From the NCBI GenBank assembly GCA_001244265.2, contig CDLV01000004.1, positions 3,100,001 through 3,164,000 of the forward strand: 64,000 nucleotides of DNA, in the 5' to 3' direction. Below, piece by piece: positions 29,621 to 41,500 of the stretch. The notes below the pieces were generated by a model, which did no database searches, was not told the origin of the DNA, and saw only the letters and a list, made by a program, of their open reading frames with translations. The stretch comes from Microbotryum violaceum. Its lineage: Eukaryota. Made by a program: the position numbers and the translations under genes. Numbering within the stretch: position 1 is the first letter of the stretch; every line of letters starts with the position of its first letter.

Positions 29621-32600
29621 ATGATTCCATGCCTGTTTCTTGACGAAGATCAGGACTACTATTTGCACGACGATGACTTTGATCGATTATCGCCGCTCAC
29701 CAACATGACGGTTGCCGCGCTCCTCGCCTTCGATGTCGCTCCCGCCGACGCGTCTCTTCACATCGAGTTGTCCAAAGACGAGCCCACCCAGTATTCGAAC
29801 TTACCCTACCCGACTCTTCAGACCAGAGACGCGTTTCTCGCTACCGATGCTCTGATCAATGCACGCAAGAAAGGATATCGATCTTTGGCCGTTGGGTCGA
29901 CGTGTTTGCCGCTCGGCGCCGATCGGCTATGGTCAGAGTACGACCGAGCAAAAGACGTTCAAAGCTGGGCGCTGCGAGCTCAACGATGGATGGACAAAAT
30001 TATCGTTATCAACGAAATTGACCGCAACCGTATCGCTGTCGCACGTCGCATACTGAACGGATTGCAATGGCAAGAGCAAGACGGGCTTCTACCATTGCCT
30101 TTTCTTGCAAGTGGAACGAGTTTGGTTTATCTCCTGAGATTATTAAGTCAGTACACCAATCCTTCAGCTGGCCACTCGTATTCATCTCGTATCTGAGGCA
30201 ACTTGCTTATTCGCGTCTCTACCCAGGTCATGATTGGCTCGGTGAAGCCGCGGTGAACTTGTCAATTGAAAGCGTCCTTCGAGCTGGACGAGTGCAGAAT
30301 CCCGATTTCGAAACATCGTATGGACTTATACCCTCCACCGTCATCTCCTTGGTAATGGCTCGCCCTCCCAACTCGGATCCTCATTCGGTCTTCAAAGCCT
30401 GCTTTTTCGGCCCGCCAAACCAGTATCGGAATCTCATCGAGCTAGGCGATTGCATGCGCAACACGCCGACGTCAAAGTCAATCTGGTTTCTACCCCTCTG
30501 CTCCGACAGCCATTGGGTCCTGGCCCGCATCAACATGCACAAGCGGACATGGTCTGTGATCAACTCACTCTCCGCCACTCCGATCACCGCGGCTACTCGG
30601 ACGGCCGTCCTTACGCTATTCAAATTCCTGAAGCTGGACATCAAAAACGAGTTCCCTCATGCTCCTAAGGCGGAACAACAGGAAGACAGCTACTCGTGCG
30701 GGCCGGCTACGATCAATGCAGTGGAGACGGAGGTGCTCGGGATTGGGTCATTCAACGCAGCGCGCGCTCACATGTCACGGCTCCGTCAATTCTGTCGTTT
30801 ATCCTCTCTGGTTGGTGCTGTCGAGGATCCCAAAGAACTCGAATCCATCGTTGCCACGGGCGCAAAATCAAAGGCAAAGTATGGGAGGGGATCCGCTGCC
30901 GGAACACTGAGCAGCAAGAGCACGTCGGCAGAGTCCGGCAAGGCTGCGACAATCAAGCCAACAAATCAACGAGTCGCATCATCCTCAAAAAACCCGCCAA
31001 CTTCTCGACTTCAAACGACCTTCACCAAGGCATCGAAGCCGACGAAAGCTCGAGAGCTCATCCCGAGGAGCATACGATGTGGGCTCGCGACCATCCGCCT
31101 CTTTTCAGGAGGTTTGCTGAAAAAGTCGAAGATCGTTGCCCGGGATCGAATGTCGACGTCAACAATCCAAAGTACGTGCGGTGTGGGCGTTGTTATGTCC
31201 TGGTTCCAATGGCGGCCTTGCTGTGCAAGGCACGATTTCAATTACATCTCGGCAATAAGAAGTGTGTCAACCTCCAACCCATCAGCAATTTCTTCAGACC
31301 TATCGCCTCTGGCTCAACTGCTACCAGCCCCTCGCTAGGACCGTGCCCCGGCCTTACGTCTGAAACGGCGATGCATTATCTTTCATCAACTGCGGCGCAG
31401 GGTGCCGGGGTCCCTCCTCGACGGACGCTTCGTTTGCGCCTCTATCCCAAAATTGGTAAACGACCAATGACGGAGCTCGAGAGGAAGGAGGTGGACAAAT
31501 TGGAAGCAAATGAATGGAAGTGGCGCCACGATCATCGAGCACCGCGCATCATCAGTGTGAAATGTCGCAAGTATAGCGCTCGAGATTCGATCAACAAGGA
31601 CGGACCAAGCTTACCGTGTGAAGAATGCGCGAGGCTTCCTAAGGATTCATCCTGTCGAGCAGCTCTTCGACGTCAATATGCTGCTGGCGCAACTCGCAAA
31701 TACACCAACAAGAAATATGTCGCGGGCGATACACTTCTCTCGGCCATCTACCGGCGACATCATGGACTAGAAGAGATCCTGGATGACAACGGTCAAGGGA
31801 CCGTGTATCTACGATTCGCGCAAGGTGTGGCCTCAGGAGAATTTGACGGAGCGAACATCTTGGAGGGATTGGTGAAAGCGGCTACGGTCAAGCACGATCG
31901 GATGGTCAAGGGCAAATCAATGCAAGGCTTTGTGCGGTCCGAAGCGCTGCGTGACTTCGAGCAAGCCATGGCGCTGGCGTCTCCGATGGCTCTGAGAGTG
32001 CTGCAGGCTACAATCGGCGCATCCACAAGCCGAAAACTGCAGTGAGTACCGTCATTCTTTCGTTCCTTCAATTCAACCTCATACTGAATGATCGAGGTGC
32101 TTGCAGAATGGACCGAGCGACATCAGGCAGGATGCGCCTCGGCCTCGACAAGTCCAACATGGATCGTGTCTGCGCGAAACTCGAAGCAGACGGCCTAACG
32201 TTCAATTTGCACGTAGACGACACGAAGTGTCGATCCAGGATGCGAACCACTCCATACTACTCAGAAGACCTCAGTTTAGAGCGCGAACTACGTACGAAGG
32301 GCATATTCCGCCACGAGCTGATCGGATCAATTGCTCCGCCACGCATCTACGAAACTCCGAGTGAACTCCCTGATATGTTCAGCGGACCTGACCCCCGGTT
32401 GCTGGAACCAAAGTGAGTGGCAATGATGCTTTTAAGTTTGTACTTCATTTCCATGAGGCTTTAACATGTGTCGCCTCTTCATTCAGATCCGAGCTTACAT
32501 GATAGCACCGAACGATGTTGGCTCCCCAGCACAGGTGTTTGCCGCTTTTGTGATCGGCGAAACTACGAACGCGGAGGACGCGACCGAACAATTACATTCA

Positions 32601-35500
32601 GTGATACAAGAATTAATAAAACGTTGCGTCGCACACCTTCTGGTATCCATCTCCGCAGATGGTGCGGCAAGCGAGGGTGTGCTGCAACGTAATGTTGCCG
32701 TCCTTCTGCGCGATCAGGGTGGCGCTGTTGCTCAAACCGGATCAAGGAACGCGTCATCATACACCCTCCCCTCCCCAGATCCGGGCGAAGTGTTTCCTGA
32801 AATCATTATATCGACCGTCAACGTCGCGGGAACGCCGATAGTCTTTTGTCGGGACGAAAAACACCTGGCCAAATATCTGAGGAACGCTATCGACTCTGGA
32901 GCAAGATTGCTGCTCGGTGGTCTCGGATGCATTGCCTACCAGGATATGCTCACCATCCTGGGCGGACTGGAGTCGCGTCGTTCTCTGTCTCGTCGTGATG
33001 TGGTCGGGCGTGATCGTCAAGACGACAATGCAACACATCGGGCATTCTCCAAGGCGACGCTCGAACTCGTAACCGAACTCGCTGAAGACAAAAAACTCGA
33101 CCCCGATGCGGTCGTATATCTCTTCTTATGTGGCGAGTTACACGATGCCATCCAGAACCGGTCGCTTCAGCCCCTTGAACGTATCAGGATGTTGCTCGTT
33201 GTCAGATATACGTTCGAGGCGTGGTATGACTTTGTCCGAAGTCGCCCCGGATCTAGCTCTCACTCGTTCCTCGCCAAAGAAACGCTTGATGGGGTCAGGA
33301 AGATGGTTGACTCAACGATTGCTCTCGTCCGCAACTACCGAGATTTTTGGCCGAAGGAATCGTTCATTCCCTGGCGGCATGGCACAGAATTGGTGGAGCA
33401 CTTCTTCGGGGGTATACGCCAGATTGTAAAGGAGTTCGATGCTCTAGAGTTCTTGCAGGTGCGTTCTTCATAAATCAATCTAATCTATACAGTAGTTAAC
33501 CCGGCTAGAATCCGACAGGCAACTGGCAAAGTCACTGCACTCTTGGAGCTCATGAGGAAGTTTAAGACCGAGGCGGCGGGATCACGTCAAGGCTACCATC
33601 ATACCTACAACGACCTCGACGATCTTGACCTTGTTGCGATGCGAACGTACCCCAGTGATGGCGACATCTCTCTCACCAGTTTTGCAGCGGCAAATACTGC
33701 GCGTGAACTGCTTTCAGGTTTACGCATGTGGGAGCCTGTGCAACGCATCGCGTCCAACAGACGCAACCAAGGTCCGCAACCTGACATACTCGTCGAGGGC
33801 GTACTCGCCCATGGCACAACAGTTCAAGGTAGTTCAGAACGACTTGGCCTACAAGTGATGCGTATCTGACACGGGATACCATGCCCACTTGACGTAGATC
33901 TTGGAAACCATCATCCTACCAAGGAAGATCAAAGGTCTGCTCCGCACCGAATTGCTGGATTCTGCTCTTGATGGCATGCGGCGTAGCACGTGCCAAGGTG
34001 TTGTGAAACTGGACCCAAACGAGCGGGAAGCTGTCGACCGTGCAATTCGATCGCTTGCAGCTCTGGACTTTGACGTTGAGGCAGCCTTGTGAGTGGACAC
34101 TTCTCTGTGCCACGTGCGCTGAAGCGTTATTCTAACTTTTAATCCGGACCTCATATGGTTCTCCTTTCTCATTGGCCAGACTTGACGTGCAAATCGCTTA
34201 CGACGAAGCTGTCAGACAAGCTGAGGAACGCTACGTACTCGAGACCATTGAGAAGGCAAACAGCTCATTACGTCCAATCGTGCGTCTACCAAGCTTGACT
34301 AGCGTAATTTCGATCTGAACTCATGCATCTTCGGTACTATAGAGCCTACACACTTGAAACTTCCGCCTCTTGTTGATGCTTGCGATACCAGTTTCTCGCT
34401 GAACTGGGTCAGCTTGATTGCCCATCGAGCTGCTCATAAGTGTAGCCACCTCAGAGCTGTTCTACTCAAAGGGAGGCCAATGGAATTGAGCGACACAAGT
34501 CGCGGAAAGGCAGGCTTAGAGATTAGCAATACAGAGCAAGGACGCAGTGCAGTACATTCACGCGTCTTGAAAGGGTTGGTGCAGCCCATGGGACCATCTT
34601 GCTGCGAAGACATAACGGGCACGACGAGGAGCTTTTGCTGGACTGGAGGTGGCCAGGTGGCCCAAGCGCTCACAACAAACGAGATTCAGAAGAACGCCTA
34701 TATTGAGGATGGCCGCATTCAAGTGAGCTGTTGCTGAATTTAGGAACGAAGGCAACTGGATCTAATGTTTTGCCGGTCCTATACTTTTAGGAAAAGCTCC
34801 CTGAGAGAGACAAGCAGTATGGAGCGCTAGCACAACGCTATCCTCATTTTGGATCGCTTGACGGAGCTGTAACCGCTGCCACACCATTGGAGATTGGATC
34901 TCTAATCTGCTTTGCCTCAAGTGTGGCATGCATTCACTCAGCTGCGATCAAACTGTTTATGGAGAAGAAGCGCTGTCTATCGGAGTTAGTACGCGCGTTG
35001 TTTTGAGTGGCAGTTGAGGAAGTTCTCGTTTGACACAAGTCTTGTGTCCTACAGTGCGACACATCTACAGCAGAGTGACAACAAACCACTGCAACCAAGA
35101 CACGCTCGCCTCGTTGGTTCTACTCTCAAATGTCGTCGTACAGGAGCTTCGCCTCATCAAGAAAACATGTTATTCCACACACCTCATTGATGGCACTACG
35201 CCGTTCCGCATGATTGATGGTCGACAGGTCATCGAGTCATTAGGCCCGTCAACGACTACATATCGTTCAACCACGGACCTTACCTCATGTTACCCGGACG
35301 AGCGCCTAATCAGCACGAGCGCACATGCCGAGCAAAGCTTTGCCGCCCTTCGGAGCGTGCCCGGCCTGCGAGATGCCGCCGGCAGAACCTCTACAAGTCG
35401 CACAAATGCCACTGCGGAAACAAGGAGCTCAACTTCAGCAAAAAGGAAGTCTGACAACGAAGCAGCGAGCCAGCCAGCAAAGCAAGGAAGTCTTGTTTGA
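29621..35500 (+). CDS. Ulp1/C48-like protease fused to P-element/THAP9-like transposase, copy 3 (full length, multi-exon, at least two frameshifts)
   Basis: HDWLGE, SHWVLARIN, INSL, QQEDSYSCG; CGRC..H..C; LHVDDTK, ISADGA, DEKHLAKYLRN, DRQDDNATHRAFS, TELVEHFFGGIRQ. Frame changes near 31050 and 32390. Confidence 0.8.
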
Positions 35501-35711
35501 AGCCTGGAGCCACGCGCAACACCAGCCGAAGCGACGCGCGCCGCAAGCCACTTTCGATAGGCCGCGGCGCGCCCGCAAACGCTCGGAACGCGTTTTCGAG
35601 GACTTTTGAGCGATTTTTGGAGCATGTCGAACACATTTTGATAATATTTCCGAGGCGCATGCGAAATTTTGACATTTTGGGGCCAAAATAGGGTAAAAAA
35701 CAATGACAAAA

Positions 35712-37931
35712 CCAGTGGGAACCCGTTAAATTAACGGGAGGATGTAATTCAAAAAATAGCAGGATAATCGAACAGTCTACATGATATCAGCGCAGAGGTT
35801 AAGAAAACACAATACGAAATACAGCAAAGAAACAAAATCCATTCATCTTACATTCATTGCCGAAACAGCCTGCATGTCGCTTGTTGCCGGACTTGGCTTC
35901 AAACACTCGTGCAATGAGATCCGGACGGTTGCATGCTTTATCGGCCCCAGTGCAGCCTTGATTTCCGGTGAGTCGGGGTAATACGTCATCGTGATGAGCA
36001 GCGGAGGCTTTCCATGTTTGACAACGCACGCCATCGCATCCTGGTATCGCTGCGTAATGTCGCGATTTGGTTCGGGGCCAAGCCGTTGATGCCGTGGGTC
36101 GTGGTGAGGCGTAGGTTCTCTTGATGTAACCGGATGTGTTGAGTCGATCGGTCTCGACTTGGGAGGATATCCGTAAATCACAAACTCCAGGATGGGACGT
36201 TGGGTGCAATGCGGGATTGAGAAGTACTCGTCACGTTTGGCAAGTAGTGCGCAAAGAATGGTGAACGCGAGACTCGCCACCTCGACCCCTTTACTTGACC
36301 TTCGTCCTAGGTGTTCAAAAGTTCAATGTCAGTCTGTGCTTACGTCTCAACAGAAAGGAACATATGAGAAAGAGCGGAAGACGTTTACGTTCACCATCAC
36401 CATTCTCTTCGTCCCCTTCCTCGCCGTCTTCATCCTCATCGTCGCGGTCTTCGTCCTCCTCTTCGCCTCCGTCATCAAGACTGAGACCCGCAAGTACCTC
36501 GCGCGGTTGGACACCATTGTCGATCTGCTCTCGGTTTCTGGTGATTGGCAGCCCAGCTTGGCGAAACCCGCAAAGAGAAATGTTGGGGTGGAAGCCATCT
36601 TCCCCTGCAGGAAATAGTAGTGGCTACCGGAGAGGCAACGCAGACGGATGGAGCGAGCTGATGACTTGGTACTTGGGGCCGACCATCGGGACATCGATCA
36701 CCGTGCACCTGGAGAATACGGTCTTGAGGTCCACGATCTCCCATGTTGGTGTCGGAATCGCAGATAAGCATCGCCATTTCCGTGCTTGACGTAGGAAGGT
36801 TGTGGGTACGTCGGTCCCGGGGTGGCGGGAGGCAGAGGCGCAGGATCCACTCTTTGGCCGTATCCCAACCTGCGCGAGCTTTGGCCGATGCGAACTCCCT
36901 CACAAAGCGATTGCCGCTGCGCAGAATGGACTCGAGCTTGGTCAAAGTAGATCGTTGCATGCGACTGTCTGCGCCGTCGGGTCCAAGTCGAGTGTCGGTG
37001 GCCTCGGCCGGGTCGATCAGCCATGTTTGAGCAAAGGTTGGGCGTTGAGTCACGGCAGGGGTCAGGGCGCCGAGTCGATGGTAGAGGCGACCAAACACGC
37101 GAAACACGGGGGTCCTAGCGTGCCCACTTGAGTTTGGTCCCAGATGGCAGCGAGCGAAGTAAACGACAACGCGTTGTTGTACGACCGGGCATTCTCGCGG
37201 AATGCAACCGCTTCTGTGTGGGTGGGTAGAACAGTTCAGCATGTGGGTCTACTGAAGACGAACGTTGTTGGACGGAGCAACTGACCGCTATCCGAGCCTT
37301 GAAGAAGCTGCCGATACTCGAGATTGGGCTGGGGAGGGGGAGATAGCCGCACCTTGCCCTGCGAGCAGCACGCGCCGAAGTGTCTGGTCGACTTGGACCT
37401 TTCGCACTCCCAGTGCCGAGCCTTGCAGTGGGTGCACACGGCCGTCTGCGGGCCGAGGTCGTCGCGGATCGAAACGTGGGGCTTGAGGGGTTTGAGCGCG
37501 ATTCGAGCCCGGCGCACTCGCCTTTGCGGAGGTGGTGGTGGTGGGGCGAGCCCAGCGTCGAGTTGGCCATCGCGCTGACGACGCTGTCCGTTCTGCACAG
37601 CTGCACGGCGGGCTCGTATACGTGTCGCAATGCCAAGATCGGTTGACTTGTTGTCATGACGCGCGGGGGCTGATTCTTTTGATCGGAGCGGGACGAAGAG
37701 GAGGGTCGAGCCGCGGGGCGCCCAGCAGCGGGCGCTCGAGCTGGCCCATGGTACGGCGCTATCCTCGCGCCCAAGACTTGGCGAGGTTGCGATGGCCCTC
37801 CCTGGCGACGTTGGGACCGGGGCATAGTAGCGAAGGTTTGTTCTTGAATGAGTGTCACTAAAATTGGATGAGAGTGAGAGGGAGAAAGGAAAGGTTCGAG
37901 GGAGTGGCGCAGGATTATTTAAGTGGTTTGA
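35712..37931 (-). mobile_element. Internally deleted Helitron with intact termini
   Basis: 5' TCAAACC at 37931; 3' hairpin CCCGTTAA-T-TTAACGGG then CTGG ending at 35712; inserted between A and T. Encodes CTHCKARHW..CCSQGKV, GRLYHRLG..FAQ and HGKPPLLITMT..PEI..RPDLIARVF, then jumps to the 3' end. Confidence 0.88.
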
Positions 37932-37934
37932 TTT

Positions 37935-38011
37935 GTTGTTCAGCCCCTAATGCCGCTGGTCGAATGCCATACGGGCAAATTGGTTGTTCAGCCCCTAATG
38001 CCGCTGGTCGA
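37935..38011. repeat. 29-bp direct repeat x2
   Basis: GTTGTTCAGCCCCTAATGCCGCTGGTCGA at 37935 and 37983. Confidence 0.9.
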
Positions 38012-38333
38012 CTGCCGGAATGACACTCCACCGCCGGCGCACCGCATCACGTGACAAACGCCAGCCCTCGTCTCGCACGTCAGGCAGAGCTCTGCTGTAG
38101 AAGCAATATCATGCAAAGCCACGCGCTTGCGGTTCATTAAATGCAATATGAGTGGAAGCATTGTTTTATGTGAGCGAAAAAAAGAAGGAAAATACTGGGA
38201 GCGCTGTAGCTTCGTTGGAACGGCGCGGAAAATACAAAAGTCACCACAGGGCTTGGACATGACTTCTGATCGGAACCCCAACACCACAGGCAGTTGCGGC
38301 AGACACAACAGTATGCTGGTGCATCCACCACAG

Positions 38334-38357
38334 GCGGCCCTCCGGGCCGCAACCTAG
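38334..38357 (+). mobile_element. Helitron-like 3' terminus
   Basis: Hairpin GCGGCCC-TCC-GGGCCGC, then AAC-CTAG followed by T. The 5' TC end was not located. Confidence 0.5.
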
Positions 38358-38522
38358 TTAAAAACAGCGATTTTAGGTACATTCCTTAACTCACACTTTT
38401 TTTTTACTAGCTACTAGTTAGGGTAAAGTCCTCACGTAAACACTCCTCCCTATCTTAGTCGCGCGGAAATACTGTGCATCTCGAGCAAACGACGCCCAGT
38501 GAGGGGTTTACCTTCAAGGTAG

Positions 38523-41500
38523 ATGGCGCCAGTCGCACTCATCATGTCGACAGGAGAAATGAGCCAACTGCTCCAAAACAAAGGGGGCCGACCACCCATC
38601 GCGTTGCAGGAACAAAGCTCCCCAGAGGGATACGCATCGGAAGTTGACTCGAAAGTGGATGAGGATGAGGACAGTCTGCAAGTCTTGGCAGCTTTGGTCC
38701 CGGTTCCCTCAAAGTCCTCGATATCTAGCCCCTCCGCAGTCTCGGGGCTTTTAATCTCTCCAAAGAGCCGTTCGAGAGACTCCGACGAGGATTCGGCAGA
38801 CGAGGGTTACTACGGAGTCGACGACGACAATTCGGACGAGAAATCAATTGACAACATCTTCTCGGCACTACTCCTGGCTCGGAACGACAAGAAGATCCTT
38901 GACCGGCACACGTACGAGCCCTCTCGACAGGACAAAGAGTTATTGAACACGACGCGCGAGGCAATTTTCTCAAACATGATCCTCACGACTGCAGAGCACA
39001 ACGAGCTCCGTCTCAGGCCGCTTGTTCTCAATTGTCGCAAGCCGAGGTCCGAATGGGAATTTGTACGCAAACTTCCTGTCCTGGAGCTCCCAAAGTTCAT
39101 GGCTACAGAGGTATGTTGAAGCTACATGCTGCGCTGCGTTTTGTTTCGTCCTGTGAACGACTTAACTTTCATTGGTGCGATCTATTAACAGAAGCATGAC
39201 TGGGCTCCACGCAAATATGAACGCTGTCTCGCTGTCGTCGAGCGACCTTACGATGACGCGCCCTCGTCTACTCATCATCAACATCCGTCGGAGGTGGCAG
39301 TGGGGATCGAATGGCGTCCGGAAGTGCCTATCACCCTTCGAGAAGCTTGGAGCCAACCCGGCGAAGGTCGACCTGTTGCGGAGGTTCTACGGATTACACA
39401 TCGTTGCTCGGGGGCCTGTAAAAGAGTTCGGGTCAAGGATGGCAAACTTGGGTACAAGAAACGAGACAATGACAAGGACCCTGGGAAAACATGCTCTACT
39501 CAACTCAAGGTGATCATCCCGGATAGGAAATCAAAGGAGCTTGAGTTGGGTGGCTGATAAGACTCTCTGTTACCTTCTTCGTCCCTTGTGTAGATCCTCG
39601 TTCAGGCCGACGATCTTTCATCGGCGCTGGTGTACACCCTCGGCCGCCGGAAGGACGCCAACCACCGCCGAACGTCCGACGTCCAGCCCCTTTCATTCGT
39701 GCGTTGGCGCATCAGGAAGTCTTTCGGCAGGCCAACACGCCCACGCTTGCATTTCAAAGTGAGTGTGTGCTCCAAGTTTGCAAGAAGTTAGTTTTCACTT
39801 CTCAAGACTGACCATCAGTTCCTTTCTCGATAATGGACTCGATCATTTCACAGATATGAACCAGCGGATGTCGTTCTGGGAGAAACAGAACGAGATCATT
39901 CTCCCGCAGTACAGGAAAGTCGGCGCAAAGCAGCTGCGCAATATGTTCAGGGCAAAAGGTCGACAGAACGCGCAGCATGGATCCTCCTTGTACTCGCTAG
40001 CCGCGCATGGCTGAGCTGAGACCGTTCACCCTTCAAAATGCAACGGAGCCCGAGACACGTGGAGTGGCCTAGTGAGTGATCACGATCTAAGCTGCTTGCC
40101 GATCTGATGAGCTAACAAGCGACGGAGGTATTTACCCTTGTCAGCTTTCAACCTTTTAATGAGAAAACGAAGCAGCCGTTGATCTGCGTCCTTGCCTCCC
40201 TCCACTCCATCGACGTGTTAATTTCCTTCGCCACAGTTGGGAACGATTCAGGCGATTGGTCGCGGTTTGTTGGACTTGACTCAAGCTGGCGATACCTGAA
40301 CGAGAACCGCGCCCCCCTCACCGCCCTCGTCGCGACTAACTTGAAAGACAAACTTGCGCTAGGTGAGAGCCCGGGAAGCACTTGAAAGGAAGGTCCGGAC
40401 GAGTACAAAGACTCATTTCATCGCTTATGTATTGTCTTCTTCAGGTCCTATGCTTCTCTCCAGTGATGTGAAGGCAGATACTCTCGCCATCTACTTGGAC
40501 ACGGTAAAGAGGCTGGTCGAGGAGCACGCCGCGATCCTTGTAAGGAGTGCGTTGTAAGATGGGTTGACCAGGGTGTGCTGCGCGTCACGACAGTTTTGAG
40601 AGGAGTCGCTCACGCCCTTCTGTACCGTCGACGATTTGCATGCGTACTTCAGAAGCTCGTGAGAATGGGCCCAATCTACCCGGCTCGTCCCCCAGGTTGC
40701 CAAATCTTCTCCAAAATGCCGAATTCATCTTGGAAAATCAGTGGCAGCCACCGAATTTCATGATCGACAAATGTCGGACTGAGCTCAACGCCTTGACACT
40801 CTGTAAGCGCCGCTGCTTGCTAGGGCTACTATATGAGATGTGCAGACTGCTCTCACGATTTTGAATTCCTGATGATCGTCGTCTTCTGCATCTACGTTAC
40901 TATAGGGAAAGAAAAGCACAACCTCAACTTTCACATACGCCTTTGCCAATTCCACGTGCTTCAGGCCATTATTCGGTGGTCGAGTGACAGGAATGACGGC
41001 GAAAGGGGCAACACCGTCAAGCCTTCTCGGATTGCTCGCAAGACGTTGATCAACATTTTGTACGAATTTCGATCCATCATCCAGCGCTTTCGTTTTATAC
41101 GCACCGAGCATGAAACAGATGCCGAGGCGACAGCTCGGCGCTCGGCTGAGTTCGAAGAGAAGAAGCGGGCGTTCTTTGAAAAATCGGACGCATGGATCGA
41201 CAAAGAGTTCCGAAGTCGTCGCAAGCCAGCAGCAAACAAATCAAACGTCACCAAGAAGTCGGAACTGGGTTGCAACAGCCGAGAAGAAGAACAATTACAA
41301 GCAAAGAAGGATAACTTTCGGGCGTATTTTAATGTCAACTGGTTCGTACAAGAGTGGATCGGTGAGTCTTACTTATTCCTTCTTTACGTGTTCTCTCACA
41401 ATTTTTTTGGCTCACGCATTTCCACAATTCTGAAGAAACATACACAGATGATGGTTTACCCCTTGGCGCTTCACGGGAAACCATCAACACCAACAACGTT

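Noticed and set aside
37935..38011. CRISPR-like 29-bp repeats
   Set aside because: Only two copies, a 19-bp spacer, eukaryotic context and no cas genes.
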